In this document: one piece after another, positions 11,641 through 23,544 of the stretch
How the letters are laid out: every line of letters begins with the position of its first letter
How positions within the stretch are numbered: the first letter of the stretch is position 1
Origin: Malacoraja senta
Lineage: Eukaryota
Assembly (NCBI GenBank): GCA_038087875.1
Contig: CM075989.1
Location: forward strand, 13,022,001-13,086,000
Direction: 5' to 3'
Length of the DNA stretch: 64,000 nucleotides
The notes under the pieces: model-generated
Told to the model about the DNA's origin: nothing
Database searches by the model: none
Seen by the model: only the letters and a program-made list of their open reading frames with translations
Translations under genes and position numbers: made by a program

Positions 11641-12349
11641 TGCGAGGAAAGGGAGGGTGGGCGGACAAATGCTCTCGGAGGCCTGAAGGGGTTTGGAGGG
11701 AACCTCGCGGGAGATGAGAGCTTCAGACCAAGGTCTGAGGTAGGGGAAGCGCCGAGGAAGTGCCGCTCGAACAGCATTTAGTGTTGGGTTTGGGTTGCTC
11801 CTGTAGACACGGTAGTTATGTGGGGAATTCCTCGAGATACATACCCTGGAAACTGGAGCAGAGTAAAACTGCTGGAAATACTCAGCAGGTCGGGCAGCAT
11901 CTGTGGAGACAAGATAAATGGTCGGCGGTTCGGGTTGGGACCCTGCATCAGAACTGTGTCCACAGGGTTCCAGAGGAGGATAGGGCAATGCTCCAAATGT
12001 GGGTCACGGATCCACATTTGGAGCATTGTGGCGTTCCAAGTCAGTGGTGGCCCAGCCTGCTTCATTCCATTATGGCCGCTGACTGTCTCAGGAAATAAAG
12101 TCAACTGATCGGAAACCTGTCCTCCGGCCCCCGGCCTGATGCCAGTGTAACAGTTGGTTAACCAGAATGACCTGGAACGTGGTGACGGTGAAGTTAGGGA
12201 AAAGGACACATACACAATGGGAGCGGTTTGTTGCGGGGTGGGGGGGGGGGGTTAATAGTCAACTGAATGACAGCAGCGAATTGGTGCTGATCTGGTAAAT
12301 ATCCTATCGTGGTGGGCTGAATGGCCTGTTCCTGTGCTTTTACTGGGCA

Positions 12350-12880
12350 GTGTTCTATGTTCTCGCTGAGAGGTATAACGGCGGGAATAGGCCCCTCAGG
12401 CCAACTCTGATGCCCACTAAGATGCCTCATCTAAACTAGTCCCATTTGGCCCCGTTTGCCCATATCCCTCTAAACCTATCCTATCATGTACCTGTCCAAG
12501 TGTTTTTATATACTGTTATAATACCTGCCTCAACCACCTCTTCTGGCAGCTCATTCCACACACCCACCACCCACTGTGAACAAGTTGCCCGTCAAGTTTC
12601 CCTCTCACCTTAATCCAATATCCTCTGGTTCTTGATTCCCCTACTCTGTGCATTCACCGTATCAATTCCCCTTATAATTTTATACAGCTCTATAAGATCA
12701 ACACTTAGCCTCCTGCACTCCAAGGAATAAAGACCGAGCCGACCAAGATGCCCATTTAAACTTGCCCCACGTATCCCTCTAAACCTTTCCTGTTATGTAC
12801 CTGTCCAGGTGTCTTTTAAATGCTATGATAGTTCCTGCTTCAACTACCTCCACTGGCAGGTCGTTCCATATACCGACCAC
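12350..12880 (-). mobile_element. CR1 3' fragments
   Basis: catatccctctaaacct...acctcttctggcagctcattcca, reverse complement of the CR1 ORF2 end/3'UTR; duplicated segment. Confidence 0.65.
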
Positions 12881-13131
12881 TAGTGTTCAGAGAACGACCT
12901 GAGCCTGTGATAGAAGACTTGAATCACACAGGCGGGACCTCAATCCCCACCCGCTCCTTCAAACATCCGACTTCCACCTCAGTCCAGCGACCGGTCCAAT
13001 GACCACTGGCTCTCACTCTGGATCAGTGCAGTTTCGCTGCCGATGACAGTACAATTGTCTATGTACATCTCTGCCACGACTCCTGTTTCGCGGAACGATT
13101 AAAGCCGTGCCGTTTTTCTCTCCTCTGGCAG

Positions 13132-13200
13132 TTCATGACCGTCAGTCAGAAATGGCAACCCGTGGATGAACTGCAGATGGTGAAAAGTTACACCAAGTGA
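13132..13200 (+). CDS. C15orf48: C15orf48 coding exon 4: FMTVSQKWQPVDELQMVKSYTK*
   Basis: ctctggcag| acceptor; resembles human [22 protein letters not shown]; total CDS 258 nt = 85 aa. Confidence 0.9.
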   Translation, partial: FMTVSQKWQPVDELQMVKSYTK

Positions 13201-13423
13201 GGAGTGTGCGAATCCTGAGCGCGCAAGTGAGCAGACAAATGCTGAGTCATTCTGTCTAATCATCCCTGAACTCTGCAACTGCTCTCGCTACTGATTTCAA
13301 AATTCATCAGGAAATGACAACTTTCCCTCTCTCATTGTAACCCTCAGGCCATCGTGTGGAAGCATCAACTATACTGGACTGCGTCAACTCTGTGCTTAAA
13401 ATATCTAACATTACATTCTATTT

Positions 13424-13454
13424 AATAAATGGTATAATTAAATAAAAAAATAAA
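13424..13454 (+). terminator. Polyadenylation signals of C15orf48 (three AATAAA)
   Basis: AATAAA at 13424, 13441 and 13449. Confidence 0.7.
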
Positions 13455-14619
13455 CTAAGATTTGTATTCTATTGAATAACATTCTATTGAATTATCTGTC
13501 TCCCTTGTCTTGACCCCAGCACTGTGGACGTGAGAGAGACCGGTCCTGGGGAGTTGGGGTGGGATTGATTGGAGAGTTGGCCCGACGTCAATTGGCCGAT
13601 TCGTCTCCTTGTATAGTGTAAGAAAGTGTACAACGTGAGGGCGGGGGTGCTCAATGTTACCGACACATACTCCCCGAGGCTTGGAGGGAACCTCGTGGGC
13701 GACATGCGTTTCAGACTAAGATCTGAGGGAGACACGAGGAACTGCAGATGCTGGAATCCTGTGCAAAACACAAAGTTCTGGAGGAACACATCGGGTCAGG
13801 CAGCATCTGTGGAGGGAATGGACAGGGGACGTTCTTCAGAGTTTCTCCGGCACTTTTGTTATTGCTAAAGAGTTGAGGGGGCCACACATTGTGTGTGTGT
13901 GTGGGGTGGGGGGCGCAGGGAGGGTCGTGGTGTTGCGCTATGGGGACGTTGCAGGGTGGGACAGGCCAGTGCTGTCCACACCCCTCTGTCAGTATTTCTG
14001 CTTATTCCAGGACTAGCAGATGCACAGATCAATCATTCATCTAGATTTCTATAGTAGGTCCAACTTCAGAAGATCTCAACACCTGCCGCGTATCAATACA
14101 TGGTGTCCCCTATATCATACCCCATGTACAACCGTTCCTGCCTGTGTGTACGTACAAGGCTCGATCGTGTTTGTCTTATTTTCTCAAGTTTGCACGAATC
14201 CCACATTTTCACAGCGAATAGACGACCTGCAAGCAGTGAAATGCCAGGGAGCGGTGCTGAGGAAGCGCAGGATTCTCCGCTCTCCCGGGCTCGGAGCGGC
14301 TCCTCCGCTGACCATTCCTGTCCGCTGGGCGAGGCTGCAATTCCCCGTTTACCGACGCTCCAGGAAGTCCCGGCATCTCCCCGGCTATTGCCTGACCTCT
14401 ATGCCAGAATTCCCACTTCACCCCGGCACAGTGGAGCGAGTGCACTCGGTCCCAGCCACTCCTGTCCGAGCCCTCCTCGGGTAATTTAAAATGAAGAGAC
14501 GGAAACATCTGGCAGGCTGGTCCAGCCCGACATCAGCCCTCACACGGAGGGTTCGTGTCCCCAACACGAGGGGCGGCCTTGGGTAGTCTCTTGCCACAGC
14601 CCCCCACCGTCTTGTTGTG

Positions 14620-15400
14620 GCAAGGAACTGCAGATGCTGGTTTAAAAAAAACACACAAAGTGTTGGAGTAACTCAGCCGGTCAGGCAGCTTTGCTTCTGC
14701 AGATGCTGCCCGACCCACTGAGTTCCTCCAGCGCTTGCTTTGTTGTGAGAGACGGTTTCAACGCTGTTCCCGCCATTCCCCAATTCTCCCCCGTTACATC
14801 CAGGACCGCGTTACTGCTGCTTCCTCCACTCGTCGTCAATGCCACCAGTTTTGCTGCCAGTTTCCACCCCGCTCTCATCTTCACACGGCCCATCTCCACT
14901 CATCCATTCCAGGTCTCTCCTCTATCCTGTGATAGGCTGGACACCAGCATCCACCACAAGCCCACAGCCTCCCTCAGATTGGACCTCCTCCACCCTGCCT
15001 CCACTTCATTCTCTCAGTTCCTCTGTCTTGCCCACAAGTGCTCCAATGATGAAAGATGTGCCCCTGAAATGTTTTTCTTCTTGAACCATGGCTTCCCCTC
15101 TACTGTAGTGGACAGAGCCTCTGACCACATCTCATCCATATCCTGCTCTCGCCTCTTCTTCTAGACACCGCAAAACAGATGTGCCCTGGTCCTCACCCAT
15201 ACCCCAGCATCACCCACATTGGATGGTGTATCCTACACATGTGGAGGAAATAGTGAAGAATAGTTATCCAATGTTCAGCATCTGCGAGGGATCGTTCCCT
15301 TCCCACCTCGCCTACTGCTCACATAGAACACATCTTCCCATCCCATCATCCAGTGACCCAAAGAGGCAAGGCCGTGATTCACCTGCAGCACTCCAGTCAT
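14620..15400 (+). mobile_element. pLTR mini-element plus decayed Penelope-like RT fragment
   Basis: ggagtaactcagccggtcaggcagc arm; DRLDTSIHHKPT...SFSQFLCL resembles the 4100-4300 region. Confidence 0.6.
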
Positions 15401-15712
15401 TTTCACGAGAGAAACGGACATCGAGGGATGAATTAGAGACTCGGGGGCAGTCCACTGGCTCGTGAATTGTGGAATCAGAGAGAGGATTTACAAACCAATT
15501 TGGGAATTGAGCAAAGACACATGAATAAATACAGGGCATTTGCACAACTTGAAAATTAAATAGCACGCAAAGGTGAGTAGTTATTATCCCCACAATGTAC
15601 ATACACACCTTTGTACACAGCGGGGAAAAGGGTTGACAAGATGCTCCACCTGTGGATTCGCCCGAGCAGGTAACACAGAGAACAAACTGCGTCTACTCAA
15701 AGACTGCTCCGT

Positions 15713-15718
15713 TTTATT
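15713..15718 (-). terminator. Candidate polyadenylation signal of SLC30A4 (3'UTR about 2 kb)
   Basis: TTTATT on + strand at the end of an AT-rich, repeat-poor stretch downstream of stop 17728. Confidence 0.4.
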
Positions 15719-17727
15719 ATCTTAAAGGACACAAGATGAATACCGAGGCAAAAGATTTAAGAAAATGCCATTTTGAGGGGCTGAAAATTCAACCTTGCAA
15801 AGTATAATGATTTACAATATTGCAAAGCAATGAAACTGAACAGCAATGGAAAAGATTTAAGAGAATTCGGAACCCAAGAAAAATATAACAGTGGTATAAA
15901 GAGCAAAATAAAAACTGGTAACCAACTGTATGTGGAAAAGCAGAGACAAAGGGACAAGTTTTCTTTAATTTGGAGTTGATACACAATTGGAGGTGAAACA
16001 TAATTTACCACTGTAAATCGGTGGTGGATGTTAGTTACAACATTAATATTCAAGCAAAAAAGCATAACATTTGGCACCAAAATTCAAATGCAAGGCAAAT
16101 TCAAATAGGAATGAAAAATAAGACAGCATATTACTTGTAAATAATGAAATGGGGAAATCAATAGCCATGCAATGCAATATGGCACTCAATGCTGGTGCTT
16201 CCTTGTTTCCTCATGACCTTGGGGTCACATGTAACACAAACATCAGGTAGCACTGCCCTACCACAGAGACTACCTGCACTGCTAAACAAAGCGAACATCA
16301 ACAAAGGGCTGATGGGGAAAATTCAAGACCATTTGCAGGTTAATTCCAGGTCTTGTAACAGAGCAGCAGGAAGGTACCACCACAGTGCACAGAAGCACAT
16401 CTGCTTAAAAGACATCAGCTGCTTGCTATAGTTGGTGGCACTTGGCAAAGACTGACTCTTAACTGTGTCAAGAATCTCTTGCCTGTAGAATTGTATATGG
16501 CACTTTAAAAAGGACATTGCAGACAAACCAGTAATAACTATTTTGATAGATTAGTTCAGATCCCATCAACAGGACAGCAGCATATCCTGTACTAAACTGG
16601 AGTGAATTGTGATGAACACGATCAGAAGTCCTGCAATTACAATAGCTTCTTCTATTTTAAAAAATCTCACCAGATTGTGCACATTATTAACTCTTGTTTC
16701 TTAGTTATTCCTCATTATAAACATTTTTAAATTGTCTGATTTCTTCCAGGAGATTGAAGGCTAAACAATTCTTTCCAGTAACAATTAGAGCAAGGCTTCA
16801 AGAGAGGCCGAGGTCACAAAAGGTTAGAAGGAAATTTCTTTCAGAGAGACTTGTTCAAAGTGTTGATCTGCAAATACTGTTTAACTGTTTACTGCACTTG
16901 GGACAACTCGTCTTCCCAATCCAAATCCCAGCAAACTGCACTATCGCACATAATGTCAAGTAATTGTTACTGCTCAACCTGCGATTACAAATGGCACACA
17001 CTTGCACCATCAATACACAGGCTCTGGGTCACAGAATGGAACTGGGGAGCTGTAAAATGAACAGTCTCAAAGTAAATCAATGCCCAGACCAGGCTGCACT
17101 GGCAGCTGGAGCCTCATTTTCTTTCTCCGCTCCCCAAGGAGGACACATGGGTGCACAAGGAAATGGGGAGAGGGATAAAGCCTCCACTAATTACTTTTCA
17201 TGATTATTAGCTGAAACACCTGGTTTCAGTGAATCAAATTCTCAACAAGTTAGAAGAGCGCCTTCAAGCAGCTCCTTGTGGACTGAGAGATTGGTCCAGC
17301 ACAGAGGCCATTCTGCCCAGAATGTCCTTGACAGCTGCTTCAATCAACAACTCCCTGCATCACTCTTGGCTCTCTAGATAAACACCGCTGCTCAGTCCCA
17401 GGCCACCAGTGAACACCCGAAGTTGTCACCCAGACAGAGTAAATACAAACTGAAGAAAAGGTATATAAACAAATCAATTGTGCATATTGGGTACCTGGGA
17501 TTCAAGGGGTACAGGTGATCAGAAGCTGCCTGAAGGGCAAAAGGGTCTTCAAGTTGGCTGCTGAGCTGAGGGTCTCTGCAGCAACAGAGCGAGGCGATGC
17601 GTTGCGAGGTTCAATATTACAGCTGGCGTTCCACAAGTAGAATTCGTTTGTGAAGACAGTTTCAAATACTGATTTTTTTTCGTGTTTTTCATCTGTATGA
17701 AAGGCACAAATTTTAAGGATCAGGCCC

Positions 17728-17882
17728 CTAACCATCCAAGGACCCACACTTGGTGCAAACACTGCCCGATGATTCCTTGTAGACCTGGAGCTGCACTGTG
17801 CACTGGTGCATGCCGTAGGAATGAAGCAAGATGTGCCGAGCCTTGGCCTGAACATCTTCCCATCTGGAGGTACTCTCTGGAA
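17728..17882 (-). CDS. SLC30A4: SLC30A4 (ZnT4) last coding exon: IPESTSRWEDVQAKARHILLHSYGMHQCTVQLQVYKESSGSVCTKCGSLDG*
   Basis: gtattcag| acceptor; matches ZnT4 C-terminus W..VQ.KA..LL...GM..CT.QLQ.Y; stop TAG. Confidence 0.92.
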
Positions 17883-19053
17883 CTGAATACAGACATTAAT
17901 CAAAGCAGGCAGCCAACATGAGGATGCTGAGACTGGTGAAATCAGTGAACACTAGCCAGAGCTGAGTGGTCAGTAGTTCTAACCAGAGCAAGTAGCACAA
18001 ATGTCAGCAGGTCCTCGAGCACTGCCACCCAATCCTCCCACAAGGACAATGCAAAAGCAACACAAATACTAAATCCTATCCTTCCAACATCCATCCATCC
18101 CTCTCTCCTCCCTCCCCTCCCTCCCCCCTTTTCTCTATGAGCAACCACCACTCTCACATCCATCCCTTACACCCCCCCCCCCCCATATTTTACCCGACCC
18201 ATTCAGTATCTGAGCACCTGAAATGGTCACTGCACCACAGGAGGAAGACAAATAGAATTGTGAATACTTTTGGCCTTTACCTACATAAATTAGACTTCAG
18301 TAGCAGAGCCAGGCTTTACACCAGGTTGAGAGTGTACTGAACAGCCAAAATCGCCCCCTTGGGCCACAGTGATAGAGTTTATCATCAGCATAAAGCAGTT
18401 TTGCCAGCTTTAGTCCAATCCTCAGTCATAGAATAGAAACAGCACTGAAATGAACCCTTGTCAGCTTCAATGCCTATCTACACCAATCCCATTTACCTGT
18501 AGGTCCATATGTATTCCTCTGTTCCTTTCCTATCCATGTCCAAACATTATAATTGGACCTGCCTCTCCCACGTCCTCTCACAACTCGTTCCAGAAAACCA
18601 AGACATGACCCAAATCTCCTCTGACCTAAATTTGCACCCTCTGGTTCTAGATTCTCTTGGCTAGGGGAAACAAAACTAGCTGTCTTATTTATGCCCCTCA
18701 TAATTTTGTAACGCTCTATGGCTACCCCTCATGCTCATAGGTTCCAGTGAGAATAAACTCAGCCTATCCAATCTCTCCATTTAACTACAATACTCCATTC
18801 CAGGCAACATCCTGGTGAGCCTCTTCTGCACTCTCACATGTGTTACCACATCCTTGCTGCAGTGTGGTGACCAGAACTGTACACAATGTGTAAGAGACCT
18901 TTCAGCCCCCACTGGCTGAGTTCATTACCCTGTTCCTGACCACAGTCAACAAGAGATGCAGAAAGAAGCCATTGGATCAAGGTTTTGCCACTAAAGCTGC
19001 AAGGTTATTCCCAGGGAGTTGGGTGGGGTGGATTTGATGTGTAAACCACTTAC

Positions 19054-19188
19054 TCAGTCTCAAATGCACAATGGCTGCTGTTTTCCCCACTGTTAGTGAC
19101 CATACATTCAAATCCTGAACAGAATGCACATCGTCGATCTTCAGCAGAGAGTCCCTCATGTGATGCACATCAAGATGTCTTGGCGTGC
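19054..19188 (-). CDS. SLC30A4: SLC30A4 coding exon 6 (135 nt): [45 protein letters not shown]
   Basis: AG/GT boundaries; CDF cytosolic domain motif V.DL..WSLT.GK. Confidence 0.93.
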
Positions 19189-19299
19189 CTGAGGGTACAA
19201 AATGTCCAATGAATGGGGGATGGGGGAGGGGGGGGGGTCAGTGGCAGGAGGACCAGTCAGTCACACAATGTAAACCATCCATAAAGGTTTCGAACCTTT

Positions 19300-19692
19300 A
19301 CCGCTGGGTTTTCCTGGAGTCACGCTGCTGACAACTGGCATTGCTTGAAATGCACTGGTCTGCCAGAGTGGCGACCTCCGCCGATGCAGGAGCTGATCAC
19401 CTCGACGCGAAGGGCCTGCCGTCGGCTACGGGAGTCAAGATCATCCCGTCAACGGAGGGCTCGAGGCCCCCGAACGCAGGAGAGCAAAGGGAAGAGATTT
19501 AACCTTTTTTCACCTTCCATCACAGTGAGGAATGTGGAGGAGTCACTATGATGAATGTTTATGTTAAAATGTGTTTTGTGTGTTCCGTTGCTTTTTATTT
19601 GAATGACTGACTTGGCAAATGAAATTCCTCGTATGTTGCAAAACATACTTGGCTAATAAAGTATTATTGTTATTGTGATTGATAGTGATTGT
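19300..19692 (+). mobile_element. Non-autonomous retroelement related to 7765-8690
   Basis: ccttccatcacagtgaggaatgtg block; 3' hairpin gtatgtt-gcaa-aacatac; aataaa; (ATTGTG)-like tail. Confidence 0.55.
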
Positions 19693-20809
19693 GAAACGCA
19701 GAGTGAATGATGTGAGGAATAGACATAAAATATGCCTCAAACCATCAGTATACAGGCACAAATGGAACAAGCAGCACCAGAGGGGTGGGGGTGTTGTGGT
19801 CTTGTAATCCTTTCTCAGGATGAGGAAAATCCAGAACCAAAACAATTACTGCTCAGGTATCAGCTAATTTATAAAATGCATTGCTCAACTCACACGGATT
19901 ATCAGATAATCAGGAGTGGCACTCGGGGGAGTCCAGAGGTTTACTAGACAAAGGAAACATTAACTTTGTTTCTCTTCTTACAAATGCAGCTTGACCTGCT
20001 GAAAATTTCCAACACTTTGTTTTTCCTATCAGTCGAGTTTGCGTTATAAAGTTGGAGAGGCAATGATTGTATCCACTGGTGTTTAGAAGAGGGCGATGAG
20101 TATGAAAACACAGATTATTGGAAATAGTCAGCAGGTCAGTCAGTCAAACTGTGAGGAAAATAGTTCTCATTTTAGGTTGATCAGCAAAGCAGAAGAGAGA
20201 AAAGTTGGTAATTTTTAATGATTGGGAATCAGTTTTCCTATCTTATATCCTTTATTTCCAGAATTTAATCCCTCTCTTTTCCCCCTCCATCTCTTTAACA
20301 CTCCTCCAGACACTCATTCAGCATTCCTTCACGCACCACCTCCAGCACTTGTGTCCTTCACTCTCTCCTGGTAACGACCCGTTACAGATTTCCCCTTCCC
20401 CCTCTGCTTTTTCTCATTTTCTTTGCAACTTAAAACGTGTCACCTTTCTAACTCCTCCCAATTTGACCTGCAACATTTAACTCTAATTCTCTCTCCACAG
20501 GTGCTGAATGACCTCCTGAGAATTTCCTGTATTTTTGCTTTTCAATTAGTTACAATAGAATGTATGGGAGTTCAGATTTGGAATACTGGTATTTTGCCCA
20601 ATAGGGTACAGAGATGAATGAACTAAATGGGAGATTTCACACTTTAGGACATCAATGTTGATCACGATAAAGAAATGTACTCATAATAATGCGCTCTGTT
20701 GATGTGGCTGCAGTTCAAGCGAGCACAACCTGATTTGATTCTCAACCAAAGGAGCAACTGACACATACCCGATATGGTTTACAAACCATTTATGAAACAT
20801 CAGATATAA

Positions 20810-21000
20810 AATGCTGGAGTAACTCAGCGGGTCAGGAGGCATCCCAGGAGCATATGGATAAGTGACGTTTCAGACTGAAGAAGTGTTCCGACCCAAAATG
20901 TTGCCTATCCATGTTCTCCAGGGATGCTGCTTGACCCGCTGAGTTACTCCGGTATTTTGTGTCTTTCTTTGGTACAAGACAGCATCTGCAGTTTCTTGTT
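20810..21000. repeat. Palindromic pLTR mini-element
   Basis: ggagtaactcagcgggtca ... tgacccgctgagttactcc inverted arms. Confidence 0.75.
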
Positions 21001-21389
21001 ATAACATTTTTGAAATGTAATATTTTATTCTCTTATTTGATAACGATTCAAGAAAATAATGGTGAGGAATGAGGGGGGGGGGAAGCTGCAGATGTTGGAA
21101 AAACTGAAATGAAACAAAAATATGCTTCTGCAAGCCCTCTGCTAGTGCAGTAGGGACACATAGCACACCTCCCAGTGTCAGAGTCCTTCAGAAGGTAGTG
21201 TTCACGGACATTATAAACCCACTGATTACTATCACAAAACACAATTAACTTTTCTGTTGTGTGGGAAATAATGGTGCCTTCCATGAACCCGATACTCCTG
21301 GTGCAGGACCAGACTACTCCCCGATTAGAGCTGCTTTCCAACCACTATCTGTAAGAGAAGAATTAGTACTTTTGTGCTGAAATTTGTAC

Positions 21390-21495
21390 CTTCCAGGAAG
21401 ATCAGAACGGTGTCTCGCATTATTCGGAATGTCGTGCACAAAACGAGAATGGAGAAGATGTAGGTGCAAATTGGGTCAGCAATCTTGTAGGCTGG
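21390..21495 (-). CDS. SLC30A4: SLC30A4 coding exon 5 (106 nt): [35 protein letters not shown]
   Basis: cacag| acceptor, G|gtacaa donor; IADPICT TM6 motif. Confidence 0.95.
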
Positions 21496-21999
21496 CTGTG
21501 GGAGAGTAAGAGTAACCATGAAGTGGAGTCAAAGCCACAACACCATGCTGGGTCAGGGACCCAATCAGTCGTGTGTTTCACACACCCAAAACATCCGTCA
21601 ACATCTGGTCAAAGGACAATTACAATAATCCAGCATACTCGGGAATTTGCTGGTTTTGAACAAGCAGATTTCTTGAATTTATTGAATTATTGAATGATAC
21701 TCCCAATACACTTTTACTTTGCATGTTATAGAGTCGTACTGTAATTTTATCAGTGAACCCAGCACATTTAAAGAAAGCATAAAACGGCTCTGGATGAATT
21801 CAGAAGGCGCAGGTAATCAAGAATTTGATGCAGACTATTTGTTAACAGACTGCCTCCTAGCATCATCTCAACACCCAAAAGTCTTGTAAATCCAATCCCA
21901 TTCTATTCAATTATTGTGTCTCCAAAAATGGAAAATCCGCCAAACTATCTGGATTCAGATAGTTTGTAGGGATCTGAGGGAATCATCCCAAGTTGAGAA

Positions 22000-22260
22000 A
22001 ATGTGTAGGATGGAACTGCAGATGCTTTTTAAACTGAAAAGAGACCAAATAAATGGAGTAACTCAGCTGGTCAGACAGCATCTCTGGAGAAAAGGAAAAG
22101 ATGATGTTTCGGGTTGAGATTCTTCTTCAGACTGAGAGCCAGGGAAAAAACTCTCAGTCTGACTCTCTGTTCGAAGGGTCTCGACCCAAAATGTCACCTA
22201 TTTCTTTTCTTCAGGGATGCTGCCTGATCCGCAGAGTTACTCCAGCATTTTGTGTCTATC
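22000..22260. repeat. Palindromic pLTR mini-element with damaged hammerhead-like cores
   Basis: Inverted arms around cttcttcagactgagag...ctctcagtctga. Confidence 0.75.
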
Positions 22261-22399
22261 ATCCCAAGTTGAGATTGGGTAGAATGAATGTGAACACAGC
22301 AACCACGTACTTGGGAGTTTTTACTCCCTTGGATAGGTCCAACTGCTCTCTTTCTGTGCTATAAAGCCTTTGTATTTACAACAAATGTCAAGTATTCAA

Positions 22400-22950
22400 C
22401 ACGTCAAAGTACAGAGGGAGGGCCAATGAGCATGCTGCCGGAGAAATAAAGGCAAATTACATGTTGGCCATTACTGCAAGAGTATTTAAATACAGGAATA
22501 CAAATATCTTAGTACAATTATATGGGGCTTGATTCAATAGTTACAATAGAAAGATGGGATTTTAGATTAAGAATACTGGTATTTAGTCCAATAGGGGTCA
22601 GTTTTGGTTTCTTAAAAGAAGGATATACCATCCAGAAAGGAAGTGTAGTGAAGTGTCCCTAGACTGGTTCCAGGGAGGTGGGTTTGCCATTTTTGGACTG
22701 ATCAATAGGCTGGAATTGGATTTGCAAAACTAGTAGAATGAAAGGCGATCTCACTGACTATTACAAACTCTTGCCCGGCTCGACAGTCCGGGTGCAGGGA
22801 GGACAATTTCTCCTGAGATAAAAATCTGTAACCAGGGCCACAGCCTCAGAATAAGGGGTAGGCCATGTAGGAGCGAGATGAGGAGAAATATCCATGCAAA
22901 TGGGTGAATTGCTGGAATTCCCTGCCCCCTGGATAGCCCAGGAAGTTCAG
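22400..22950 (+). mobile_element. Decayed CR1 ORF2 3' fragment
   Basis: Resembles CR1 32900-33700 (atgttggcc..tatt, cagcctcagaataaggggtaggccat). Confidence 0.55.
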
Positions 22951-23360
22951 TTCTCAAGTTAATTCAAAACACATCAGTGGTTCACAACCACACCTCCCCA
23001 GGAACAATATTGGAAAGGGGATGAATGCCGACCTGGTCAGCAAATCCGTGACCCTGAAAACAAATATAAAAAATAGATGTCCAAACAGGATATGTGGAGA
23101 GTGCATAAGCACACCATTGTGGTATTGCAGGGAAGGCAAGAGGCCCCACAATCTTCTCCCTCCGATTCTTATTTTCGAGTCATTTTGTTCCACTCCAAAC
23201 TTTGGAAATCATATTTTCGTTCCCCAAAACTTAGCATTGATTTCACAGAGAAGTGACAACACCTTGCACCTGAAGGACTAAACCAGTTTTACCCACTTCA
23301 CTATGGAACCATGCAGTGCACAGGATTATATAATTTGCAACAAAAGAACGTCACACGTAC

Positions 23361-23544
23361 TTCAAAGCGAATGATATAGGCTGCCATCAGGACACCAATA
23401 CTCTGCATCATGTCTCCCAGAGCATGGATGAAAGCAGCTCGCACAGCCAGAGTCCCAGAACCATGAGCGTGTCCAGGCGCTCCTCTGGTTTCTGAAGGGC
23501 AGTGGGAATGGGAATGGGTGGACTGATTCAGCAAAAACCCCATT
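23361..23544 (-). CDS. SLC30A4: SLC30A4 coding exon 4 (184 nt): His-rich loop and TM5 HALGD
   Basis: [14 protein letters not shown]...[29 protein letters not shown]; ttacag| and |gtacgt. Confidence 0.95.

Noticed and set aside
11986..12028. Intronic hairpin as a relocated miR-147
   Set aside because: The AATGCT/AGCATT similarity is in the opposite arm order and the UGUGCGG seed is absent
13232..13258. Small hairpin in the C15orf48 3'UTR resembling an iron-responsive element
   Set aside because: Loop is CUGAGU, not CAGUGN, and the bulge geometry does not fit
14020..14489. 154-aa and 129-aa ORFs behind an acceptor-like ttattccag
   Set aside because: No recognisable protein; all three frames read from the acceptor hit stops within about 45 nt
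16323..16526. ORF containing CHIQFYRQE, superficially like the ZnT4 C-terminus
   Set aside because: The true last exon is 17728-17882 with correct phase and a much better match; this lies in the presumed 3'UTR
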